Source of the DNA: Eledone cirrhosa
Lineage: Eukaryota
NCBI GenBank assembly: GCA_964016885.1
Contig: OZ024753.1
Location: forward strand, 26,846,001-26,910,000
Length of the DNA: 64,000 nt
Direction: 5' to 3'
Of this stretch, positions 36,372 to 48,847 are shown in pieces (position 1 is the stretch's first letter; each line of letters opens with the position of its first letter). The position numbers and the translations under genes are program-made. The notes under the pieces were generated by a model. It made no database searches and was not told the origin of the DNA. It was given only the letters and a program-made list of their open reading frames with translations.

Positions 36372-39186
36372 ATTTAAAGTAGTTTTATTTAATTCATAGA
36401 AGTAGAACATTTATGGGTTTAATACTAGAAAAGTCACATTAACAGATGTAGGAGGTGGATGGCTAAATGGATTATATATTTTCTTCTATTTATTAAAATG
36501 TTGAGAGAGAGAGAGAGAGAGAGAGAGACTCTTTATCTTTGAGGACAGTGACACAATCAGTGTCAGAAAGAGATCAATGTCCTATTTATTAGTGCCTTAT
36601 TTGACCCAAGCCTCTCTCCTAGAATTTGTCTTCTAAGTTAGGATGTCCATGTGAAGTGATCGCTGACTTGCTGACCAACAGTTTCAGAAATGCTACATAT
36701 GCTCAGGTTGCTGTCAATAGCTATGTGACTAATGTAAGCTGCCCCCTTAAGATAGAATATTCTAGGGACAGGGAAGGCTGAGAAACAGCAGCAGCACAAA
36801 GTGAATACATTATATTCTAATCTACAACATCCAATAATGGTCAGGTACACACACACACACACACACACGAATATAAAGGCATACAATTACAAGTATACAC
36901 ACATACACGCACACGTATAAAGGCATAGTCACAAGTATATATATACACACACACGGATATAAAGGCATACAGTCACAAGTATACACACACATGAATATAA
37001 AGGCATACAGTCACAAGTACACATACACACACACAAATATAAAGGCATACAGTCACAAGTACACACACATGCATACACAAACACACAAACACGCTCACGA
37101 ATATAAAGACACGCAGTCACAAATATACACACATACAGACAATATGTCCACAGACACAAACTGGTAAATAAAAAAAAGAATAAAGAAAAGACAAAATCAA
37201 ATTAAAGAAAAAAAAAATGTCAAACTAACTAGTGCCTTTAAAAAATGATAAAGAGAAGAACCCCCCCAACAAAACAGAAATAACCCCTTCACCCACATCT
37301 CCAGCCTTACTCACTCACACAACTGGCCTTTCTTATTTGCAGACTTTAGAAATTATTGGTTTGATTGGATTAAGGTGAGAAGTGGAATCTTAATTTTAGT
37401 AATGTTCATGGCAATAAGTCTGCCAAATGGCAATAAATCTTGCTAATTTCCATCAGAACCATACAGTTGGTCATCACACTCATGCTAAGTGAGTATTAGC
37501 AAGTTTGTCTAGGCTTCTATATTGCTACACTGTTAACAGGATAGCAGGGAAATCTATGTGCAAATGAAAAGCATAACCAGTGACAAACAACAATTTGAGT
37601 ACTGTTAATTGAGTTATACCTTGAACTTGCTGGCGAAATCCACTTGGTTACCAGATTAAGTGAGACATGAATGAGGAAAAGGAAGAGAAGGATGAAGGGA
37701 GTGAGAAACAAAGAGAGTGACTTTATATTAGCAGTGTCAAATTTTCATTCAAGAGAAATTTATGAAAAAATCCGCAAAACTTGGTGCAACAATTTACTGC
37801 CAATCAATGACAGGTCAATGCTAAAAGGGATTTTCACTGCTGCCTTGCAGAGATTTGATCAATTTATCTCCGTTATGAAACCTAATTTTAGCTAAAGATT
37901 TTATAAACTTTGACAAGTTGAAAGGAGAGGAAGCTTACTGAATTGATGCTCATTGCTTCTAAATACATGCGGCCTTCTTGTTAGCTAAACTTCCACCAAA
38001 TAAAGAGTTCTCGCTAAGAGGGATTACAACCAGCTTATTTACGGAGCATCATTTTAAGTAGATCTTTCCAAGTGCAAAGCTGGCTTTATAATGGCTTTTA
38101 CAAAGACATTTTAGTTAGCATACTCAGACAAAATTCTTTATATAATCATGTTTTACAATTGTACTTTTTACAATTAAGATTAAAATCTATTCAAATCAAC
38201 AGAATAATTCTTATTAAAAAGTTGACAAATGATTAGTTAAAACTATAAAATGTACATAAGCTACATCATTTGAAATGGACTTGACCCAATGTATTCAGAT
38301 AAGTAGCTATAATATTAAATGGAAAAGAAAAAAAGAAAAACTACAACCACAGTACATCAGCGAAGTGTGAGCAATAACAAAATTTTCAATTGATTATCCT
38401 ATAACAATTTTAACCTCATTAGAGCTAAAGAAATGTTAAATGGAATTGACATTACCAACTTGCCCTTAATTTATACATTCCCATTCTTGGGGGGGCAAAG
38501 TGATGACACCATTTGGTAAAATACTAAAATTTGAAATGACAACTTGAACATTTAAATGGTACACAACAAGTGAACATTTTCACTCTTTAAATACTATAAA
38601 GCTTCAAACATATTGATATACAGAATTTCTTAGGGCATTTTAAAACTTGACAAAACCCATTTCTCCAGGTCTGAATACAGCAGATTTCTTCCTGAGAAGG
38701 GCAGAGAATGAGAGAAAGGAAGTGAAAAGTACTAGACTGGTACTTTTTTTATTGACATTGAATGGATGAAAGGTAAAGTTGATCTTGATATATACATATA
38801 TATAATTGTTTCTATTTTTGGCACAAGGCCAGCAATTACCCAGTGCATAATATAAGCAAGTATAGTGCCAAGAAAAATATAGACTTTGGTATCAAAGGAT
38901 GCTGTCAGGTCAAATTCTCTGGTAAGCAGTTATCTTGTTTAAGCATTCATTCCTGATATAAATAAACAAAACCTTATCTATCATTGAATGGAGAGATGCT
39001 GTGCTGAAGAGGACCCGCCCCCACCCTTGTAAGCAAGGAAAAGTCGATGTAAAATGATGATGATGATGATATATATATATATATATATTTAAAATATTGG
39101 TGTTTAATACTTGGTGGTTGTTTCTAATTAAACCATGGAATCTCCACAGGGTCAGCTAGTGTCAATACTAAAGTTGAATATAACTT

Positions 39187-39430
39187 AGAGTTGCTGAAGC
39201 ATGGAACAAACTGCCTGCGTCAGTTGTTAGCTGCCGAGACACTGCATCCTTTAAAACCCTCATGCTTCCCGAAATTCGCCAAAACTACACCTGATGTCCC
39301 CCTTCCATACACATGCACACGTGTATATCATGACTCATGCACTGTTCATTTTCCTGACGTTTGTACATTACCCTATGTACTATACATACACTTTTGATGA
39401 GTTGTAGTGCACCTGAGCACTGTACACAAT
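39187..39430 (+). mobile_element. CR1-like LINE 3' end, interrupted by the RTE insertion; tail resumes at 41194-41212
   Basis: RVAEAWNKLPASVVSCRDTASFK is a CR1-type C-terminal motif; the 3' UTR is shared with the 11320 copy. Confidence 0.8.
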
Positions 39431-41185
39431 CATCATCATCATCATCATCATCAGGTTTAGCGTCCGTGTTCCACGCTTGCATGGGTTTGGACGGGGGTTT
39501 TCCCACTTGAGGCAAGAGTGGTTGTCTTGCTCGCATAGGACTGTCTGGCGGGTTTTCTACAGTTGGATGCCCTTCCTAACACCAACCACATTTACAGTGT
39601 GGGGCTGGGAGGTTTTTACCGTGTTGCCTACACGGCCACATTACAGCGTGGACTGTCTGGCGGGTTTTCTACAGCTGGATGCCCTTCCTAACACCAACCA
39701 CATTAACAGTGTGGGGCTGGGAGGTTTTTACCGTGTTGCCTACACGGCCACATTTACAGCGTGGACTGTGTGTTTTTTTGTCGTGACACCTACACGATCT
39801 CATTTGTTTCGGCCTGGATGTTGTGGGACCAACATAACTGTACATTGAAAGGGGCGGTGTGGATGGGGTGGAGGTGGTGGGACGGGGGGGTGTTTTGATA
39901 GAGATGCCTACTGACTGTAGTAGGTTTTTACTTTGTATTTAGGTAAGGCGGGTCTTCTCTATTACTGAGTACCGCCAAAGGTCTCGGTCCAGTGACATTG
40001 TCTTGGAGAGGTGTAAGCGTGTGAGGTCGGAATTTATCAGCTCGTCCCATGTTTTTCTGGGTCTGCCTACTCCGTGGCTACCGTCTATCTTTATTGCCCT
40101 GCACTTTGTTATACAGCTGTCGTCTTTCATGCGCATCACGTGACCGTACCAACGTAGCCTTCTCTCGAGTAAACAACATCTGATCCCTCTTATTTCTAAT
40201 TTTTTCCTTAGTTCGTTTATGCTTTGCTGTTCACGTATATTACTATTGCACATCCAGCGGAGCATGCAAGCTTCGTTCCTCTCTAGTCTGCGTATATCCT
40301 CTGCACACAATGCCCAGGTCTCACTGCCATGCAGCATTGCTGTTCGTATGCAGGCATCGTATAACCTGCCTTTCATTTTTAGGGAGAACCCTCTAGCGGC
40401 TAATAGTGGTATAAGCTCTCTGAACTTTTTCCATCCAGTTCTGACTCTAGCTACTGTACTTTCAGAGCACCCTCCCCCACTGCTGATTTTGTCACCCAGG
40501 TAACGGAAGCTGTCCACTATTTCTATAGAACCCTCTGCGCAGTTGAAGGAGCTAGTATTTTGTGGGCACTTGCTGCTACTTATTGCACCAGAGCACCGGC
40601 CACATGTAAAATCTATGTTCTTAGTTAGCTTACCTGTGATCCCACTACATCTTTTATGCACCCATACTATGCATTTGGGACATAAAATGGAGTTTCTACC
40701 TACGCCTTTCCTACACACTGAGCATGGCCATTTCCCAGATGGGACTGCCGCCATATTTTCTTTCCTACAAACTAGAACTTTTGTCTTAGCCAGGTTAATT
40801 TTAAGGCCTTTTGATTCTAGGCCGTGCTTCCATGTTTGGAATTTCTTCTCTAGTTCGGTCATTGATTCAGCTATGAGCGTTAGATCATCTGCGTATAGGA
40901 GTTCCCATGGGCAGCCGGTCTTGAACTCCTCTGTTATAGCCTGAAGGGCAATAATAAATAGTAGGGGGCTAAGAACAGAGCCCTGATGGACACCAACTTT
41001 TACGCTAAACTCTTCACTATATTCGTTGTTAATTCTAACCTTACTGACTGTTTCTTTATACATGGCTTGTATAGCTCTCACAAGCCAATCGTCAACACCT
41101 AGTTTTCTAAGAGACCACCAGGTAATGGAACGGGGGACTCTGTCGAAGGCTTTCTCCAAGTCGACGAAAGCTAAGTATAGGGGTT
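39431..41185 (-). mobile_element. 5'-truncated RTE LINE with uninterrupted RT C-terminal ORF (39939-41185), 3' UTR, (TGA)n tail and 8-bp TSD
   Basis: Motifs FVDLEKAFDRVPR, GVHQGSVLSPLLF, LLYADDL and RRLRWYGHVMR; TSD tacacaat at 39423-39430 and 41186-41193. Confidence 0.96.
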
Positions 41186-42258
41186 TACACAATATTTTCA
41201 TTATTATTATTATAGTAAGCTAGTGCTGAATTTCTGACTCAGCAGTATTAACAGGATGAGAGAACAAACCACTCCCTGCATAGGATACCAGGACACACCC
41301 TCCTGACACTGGGGTGGACATATGCTCCTGACACCAAGGTGGACATATCCACCTGACATTGAGGAAGAACATACTCACCCGATACCAAGGTGAATATTTA
41401 CTTACTCTCTTTCATATACTGAGTTCAAAATCTACCATGGTTAATTTTACCTTTCCTCCCTCTGGAGTCAATACACTTATTACCAGTCATGTAGTAAATT
41501 CAATTCAATAGACTAATCCACCCTCACAAACATTTATAGCTTAGTATTCATGTAATACATTATATTATATACTACCATTATTATATCTATTATAGAAATC
41601 AGTAAAGAATTAAACAAAAAAGATTACACACAGGAAAGGATATTATAGCTTTAGGTTTATGTTTTCTACTCACATTTCAAGTTATTCAATGAGACGTAAC
41701 TTGATAAAGTCCATGAAATTGTATCAAAGGACACGCCCTCATCTGAACTGACATACAGTTTATATTTAATTCTCTCTACATGGATATGTATGAGCACGTA
41801 TACACACACAAGCAGAGTTCACATTCCATAAAAAACATTGAATTAGTTATGCCAGTATTTAGTGAACTTCATAACAAATGTGGTTATTTATGAACATTTC
41901 AAATTAGTACAAACTATAAGAAATGGGTGATAAGACATGGCTCAACAGCTTACTACCAAATAGTAGCAAACACTACCTCCAGTAGCCTGTGATATATTCT
42001 TGTAAGCACAAAGCACAATGCAAATAGTCCGAGATATGTCAATTACATTACACTATGTATAATAACCTGTATGTGATGGTACACAATACAGTGTAATAAG
42101 CCTAAGATATTATAGGCCAGCCCTGATGAAGTACACATATGATCAAATGTTCCAGTCATGACCATCCTGTCTTGTTGTATATCAAGGTCTACAGGGTCCA
42201 AAAATAGCGTGATTTGAAGATTATGTAGAGTAGGACATTTCAATGAAGAATATTTAAA

Positions 42259-42479
42259 CCTTTTAACATTCAAATCGGCCGCATCTAGCCCGAATTCTCT
42301 CATCTCTTTCTGTTCAAACTGGCTATAACTGGCTGCTCATACTGATGTCAAGGTATTGTTTGCAAAATAAATAATATCAAAATGTCATAGATTCAATATT
42401 AAGTGAGATAATTATATGAGGTAAAGCCTTTACCTTGAAAATACAATAGAAAATATAGAGTAATGTAAATGGTAAATGG
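42259..42479 (-). mobile_element. family A MITE (orientation Y), diverged
   Basis: Family body with degraded TIRs. Confidence 0.8.
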
Positions 42480-42605
42480 TTGAACAATTATTACAGTATG
42501 TTAGAGGTAGTTCAATCTGCTAGAAATAACAACCAAATCTGCCTCTAGCATCTTAGCTCTTTTCTGACCATATTTCTGATAAGAATATACTGCTATTATG
42601 TTTTA

Positions 42606-42865
42606 ATTATTACAACATACAGGGTATCCCCAAAAAGTACATAAGGGGCACCTTATATTTGTCTGTTGTTATTAAATTGAAAGTTAGTTATTTCACTAAG
42701 CTTCTCATAATTGTTTTTTGTTGTAATAAATGTAGAAACAATTATTACAACAAAAAACAATTATGAGAGGCTTAGTGAAATAACTAACTTTCAATTTAAT
42801 AACAACAGACAAATATAAGGTGCCCCTTATGTACTTTTTGGGGATACCCTGTATGTTGTAATAAT
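42606..42865. repeat. near-perfect palindrome, ~124-bp arms and 12-nt loop
   Basis: attattacaacatacagggtatcccc..ttgtaataa pairs with ttattacaa..ggggataccctgtatgttgtaataat; I saw one mismatch. Confidence 0.95.
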
Positions 42866-43689
42866 GAGATTGCACTCCATATTTAAATACTCAGTGCTGA
42901 TGCCACAAAAAATGAACTCACTACACCCTGTAAAGTGATTGGTGATATTAAGAGCATCTGGTTGTACAAACCAAAAGAGTTGATAGAGGAGTGTTCAGTT
43001 GTGTCAAGGGCACGACAACCTCACTTGTGTTAGTGACATGATAAAACACACTCAATACTCTATAAAGTGGTTGGTAATAGTAGGAAGGGAATCCTGCTGT
43101 GGAAAAATATGTCAAAGGGTAAAGAGGAGTCTTCAATTGTTTCAAAGACAGGACAACCCTCTAGTGCTGGTGCCACAATAAAATGCATCCACTGCACTCT
43201 GCAGACTGTGGTAACATATATGAGTAAACTGTGGGGGTCCCAGCTTGTCTTAGAGGTCAGAGGCTTCGATTAATTATTGACTTATTCTGTGATAACCCAT
43301 TCAATCACTGCTATCAGGGACAATGGATGTTAAATAATGATGATGTTTGTTGTAGGAAGCCAGTTGGTGGTGTGAAAGTAACTCTAATGAGAAAGCAGGC
43401 CATTAAGACTGATATATATGGAACTAGTGTGACAGAGTGAAATGCCATCAACTTGATAGATATTCTCAGTAGTAGCCTAAGGGTTAAAGAGAATAAATGA
43501 GGGTCAAGCAAATGTTACAATAAAAAGTATTTTCTCCATTTTGTTTTGTTTGGATATTTCTAGTTTTCATTTAATTTTTATTTACATTTCTTGAAGATAA
43601 TAATGAAAACAAAGACCAGAAAAGAAAGGAAAAACAAAATGAAAACAAAAGTTATGAGCAATAAAATAAAAGTGAAACCATTGTTTGTG

Positions 43690-44356
43690 TACATACACAC
43701 ATATATGTACAAATATATACATATACACATATGTACAAATATATATATATGCAAAATGTATAGATATATATATACAACACACACACATGTATACACAATT
43801 ACATACATATATATATATATACACACACAAATACATACATATATATATATATACACAAATACATACATATATATATATATACACAAATACATACATATAC
43901 ATATATATACACGTACATACATATACATATATATACACATACATACATATACATACACATACATACATATATACATATACACATACATATATATATACAT
44001 ATACACATACATATATATATATACATATACACACATATATATACACATATATACATACATATATACATACATATAGACATACATATATATATATACATAC
44101 ATATACACATATATATATACATACATATACACATACATATATATATATACATACATATACACATACATATATACATACATATATACACACATATATATAT
44201 ATATATACATATATACATATATACATACATATATACACATACATACATATACATATATACATTTAAATGTATACATATATACATACACCCCCTCACACAC
44301 ACATACATACATATTATGTATATATAAACACAACACATACAAAAATACAAAAATAC

Positions 44357-44387
<31 letters not shown>

Positions 44388-44962
44388 AATGTCTTGCGAT
44401 GGTTAGATGAGTGTGTTTTGACTGAAAAAGAGACAATCTGGTGACTATTTAAGGACACACTCAACACCAATTCTGTTTATGTCTTATATTGTCAGCTATG
44501 TTACTGCCATCTTATAATGCAAAATAAATGAAAACTGTTCTTTATTTGCAATAACAAAGTGAATTCTAAGTTAATTTTATCAGACAAAGAAATCGATAAA
44601 GTAGAATGTTTATAGCGATGTAGTACATACGCTATCTCATCCAACAAAGCATAGAATTGCAGCTTCAAATAAAATCATCAAAAGACTGCAACTGGGAACA
44701 TATATATATAAAGTGTGTGTATGGATACAAATATGTGCATGTATATATGTGTGTGCGTATATATATACATATACATATATACGTTTGCATGTAAAGATAT
44801 ATATATAAATGTGTGTGTATATATATATAGATGATGATATATACACACACACATATATATATATATATACGTTTGCGTGTAAAGATATATATACAAATAT
44901 ATATAAACATATATATACCCACATATATATATATATATATAAACACACGGACACACATTTAT

Positions 44963-44997
<35 letters not shown>

Positions 44998-45449
44998 GTT
45001 GGGAAGTAAGAAAGAAAGAAAAAAAAAATCAAACATCTAAAAGTGATAATAATAATAATAATGATGATAATAATAAAAGGGAGAAAACATATGCTTGCTG
45101 ATCTGTTATTAGCTTTGATTAGATATTGCCTGGTTACATAGAAAATAAGAAAGAATATATACATTGATATAGAAAAATGAAGAGCAAAAGATATCAACAT
45201 ATTGACTTTGAATGGGAAATCATTTTATGAGAGTTGTTTCAGTTCCTAGACAATATCTCATCCACAATATATATTTGAGTTAATAACAAAATATAGACAT
45301 CAAGTGGGTTTGTACCCATACACACACGCACACATATATATATACACTACACACATATATATATATACACACTACGCACACTAGCCTCTTTACCGAAGCC
45401 TTGCATGCTATGTGTAATGTGTAGTCATAAATGTTAGTAGAAGTGTGCA

Positions 45450-45491
<42 letters not shown>

Positions 45492-46316
45492 TATATATTT
45501 ACATACACATACATACATAAGTATATATATACATATATATATATACATACATACATATACACACACACATATATATTTACATACACATACATACATAAGT
45601 ATATATATACATATATATATATACATACATACATACATAAGTATATATATATACATATATATATATACACACACATATATATATATATATATACACATAC
45701 ATACATAAGTATATATATACATATATATATATACATACATACATACATACATAAGTACATATATATATATATACATACATAAGTATATATATATATATAC
45801 TTTAATCTGTTATTTTAATAAATATATATATACATATATATATATATACATACATAACTATATATATATACACATACATACATAAGTATATATATATATA
45901 CATATATATATATACATACATACATAAGTATATATATATACATACATACATACATAAGTATATATATATATATACATATATATACATACATAAGTATATA
46001 TATATATATACACATATATACATACATAAGTATATATATATATATATACACATATATACATACATACATATATATACATACATACATAAGTATATATATA
46101 CATACATAAGTATATATATATATATATACACATATATACATACATACATAAGTATATATATATATATACACACACATATATATACATACATATATATATA
46201 TATACACACACATATATATACATACATACATATATATATACACACACATATATATACATACATACATATATATATACACACACATATATATACATACATA
46301 CATACACATACATACA

Positions 46317-46392
<76 letters not shown>

Positions 46393-46393
46393 T

Positions 46394-46438
<45 letters not shown>

Positions 46439-46510
46439 CACATACATAAATGTATATATATACATATATACATACATAAATATACATACACATCTATATA
46501 CACACACATA
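43690..46510. repeat. series of compound TA/TACA microsatellites with short unique spacers
   Basis: Seen directly. Confidence 0.95.
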
Positions 46511-46951
46511 TGTCTGCGTACACATGTCTACATCTGTAAGAATAAAAAGGTGGGAGGTCAAATAGTTATATGAAAGCACTGATCCAATAAATTAAATTAT
46601 GTTTTTTCCCCCTTTTTCTTTCTGCAAAATTTCTAAATCATAAATAGAAATATTAATGTTTATGGCATATACAAATGGTAGAAAGAAAAATTCTATATAG
46701 AAGTTAAAGACAACGAAATGAAAGCTGCCTGAATAGCAGCAGTAAGAGTTGAGGGCCATTCATTCATTCATATGAAAGGGAGTGCTTACTTATTAGATAT
46801 AAAACAGTAAGAGATGGGAGATTCAAAATGATGGTGGTGGCAGTGGTGGTGGTGATGGTAGTGTGTTAGAAGAAGAAAAAGAAGAACAACAACTTCTACA
46901 ATAATTTCCAATAGAAATAAGGATAGGGAAAAATTGTAGTATAAACAGATA

Positions 46952-46982
<31 letters not shown>

Positions 46983-47506
46983 CTATATGTATGTGTGTAT
47001 GTGTGTGTGTGTATATATATATATATATTCATATACATAGACGTTAAATTATGATATATATATATATATATAAATGTTATATATAATATATACATATAAT
47101 ATGTATACATACATATATATATATAATACATATATATATATCTGAGTTTATAATATATACATATATATTACACACACATATATATATATAAAATACACTA
47201 CAACAACAACAATAACAAGAAAATATGGAGGAGTGTGTAGGGTAAGAAGGCATGATTTGCAGTTTGATAGAATCAAGCCTCAAAAGATGACAAACAATTA
47301 TTGGGCGATGAGAGCAGGGGAGTAGGGAAGGGCATCCAAAAAAGAAAGGCCCATTTTTGCCAGCTGTAATTGGTAGACTAAAGAGTGGGAATTGCTAAAC
47401 TAATTTCAAATCATTTGTGATTCAAGCTCAATTAGAATAGATAAAAACAGACTGTAGAAAGGAATCAATCAAAGGAGTGACCAAAGAAATTGACTGGGAA
47501 AAAATA

Positions 47507-47542
<36 letters not shown>

Positions 47543-48061
47543 TGTAGGAGAGAGAGAGAGAGAGTGAGAGATAGTCTGTAGGAGAGAGAGAGAGAGAGTG
47601 AGAGATAGTCTGTAGGAGCGAGAGAGAGAGTCTGTAGGAGAAAGAGAGAGAGAGAGAAAGAGAGTGGGAGAAAGATAGAGAGAGAGAGAGGAGGAATAGA
47701 CCTCATAGCAACTTGAATGTCTCAAAACTATTCTCCCAACAAAGAAATTTATATATATATATATATATAAATGAATCAATGAACAAAACAGAATTTGATT
47801 GATATTTACTATTACATCATTTCCAAATTTATTTTCTACTCATATATAAGCCAATTTACATTAACACACCCCACCACTGAATCCTCACACTTATTCAAAA
47901 GCTGAATAATGGCCACCAATTATTTGAAGTTTCAGACAGAATTTGCCAATACAATAATATTTAGCAATAGGGAAAATAATCTTACAATGTGAACAACCGA
48001 GAATGGGAAGAAAGGCTAATATGAAGATTGGCTTGTATGTGTAGTTAGGATTTCCTTTTAA

Positions 48062-48639
48062 CCCTTTAGCATTTAAACCGGCCATATCTGGTCAGAATTC
48101 TCTCACCTCTTTCTGTTCAAACTGGCCATAATCGGCTGCTTATACTTATGTTAAGGTATTGTTCTCAAAATAAATGATATCAAAACCTTGTAGATTCGAT
48201 ATTATGTGAGATAAAGCGTTTTCTGTGAAAATACAATAGTAAAGATATAGAGTAATGTAAATGCTAAAGAGTTAAGAGGATACAGCTTAGAAATGTATGC
48301 TTAAGAATTTTAGAATAATAGAAAGCTTTGGATAAAGGAGATTTAATGAAAAGTAAGTTGAAATGAACCAAGACAGCAAGTTCAGTTAAGCAAAGCTGAG
48401 TGTATGGTTGTCTGTATAATATAGAAATATTACATCTTCTCAGATATAGAAATGCAAGGGAAGGATTAAAGTATCTGAGAAGTGAGACCAAATACATTAC
48501 ATTACTCTATATTCACTATTGTATTTTCACAGTAAAGACTTTATCTCACATAATATCGAATCTATAAGATTTTGATATTATTTATTTTGAGAACAATACC
48601 TTAACATCAGTATGAGCAGCCGGCTTAAATGCTAAAGGG
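48062..48639. mobile_element. inverted pair of family A MITEs (48062-48271 orientation Y; 48495-48639 orientation X, partial)
   Basis: Family TIRs and body in opposite orientations, about 80 nt from the exon donor at 48720. Confidence 0.85.
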
Positions 48640-48720
48640 TTAAAAGATGGAAGACATATTAGATAATTAGATCTCTGATGCACACTGCTTGCTTAATTAT
48701 AATAGTAAGTTAATTCTTAC

Positions 48721-48847
48721 CTGCTAAGCTTTTCAATTTTTTCTATTTCAAGTGATAGATGAGCTTCAAATTCTCCAGCCCGCAGTGTTAAACCACATAC
48801 TGGACAACATGGTGTCTGGCCATCTAAAATATTACGTCTTCTCTGTT
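48721..48847 (-). CDS. RNF220: RNF220-like E3 ligase, first coding exon found in window (QRRRNILDGQTPCCPVCGLTLRAGEFEAHLSLEIEKIEKLS)
   Basis: Acceptor tttcacag and donor gtaaga; 127 nt. The CPxC..H motif resembles the RNF220 'APICPICQVLLRPSELQEHMEQELE' segment as I recall it. Phase fits the next exon. Confidence 0.88.

Noticed and set aside
39939-41201. 420-aa ORF as a complete protein starting MKILC
   Set aside because: The start codon lies in flanking host/TSD sequence; the element is 5'-truncated and lacks the endonuclease and the RT N-terminus.
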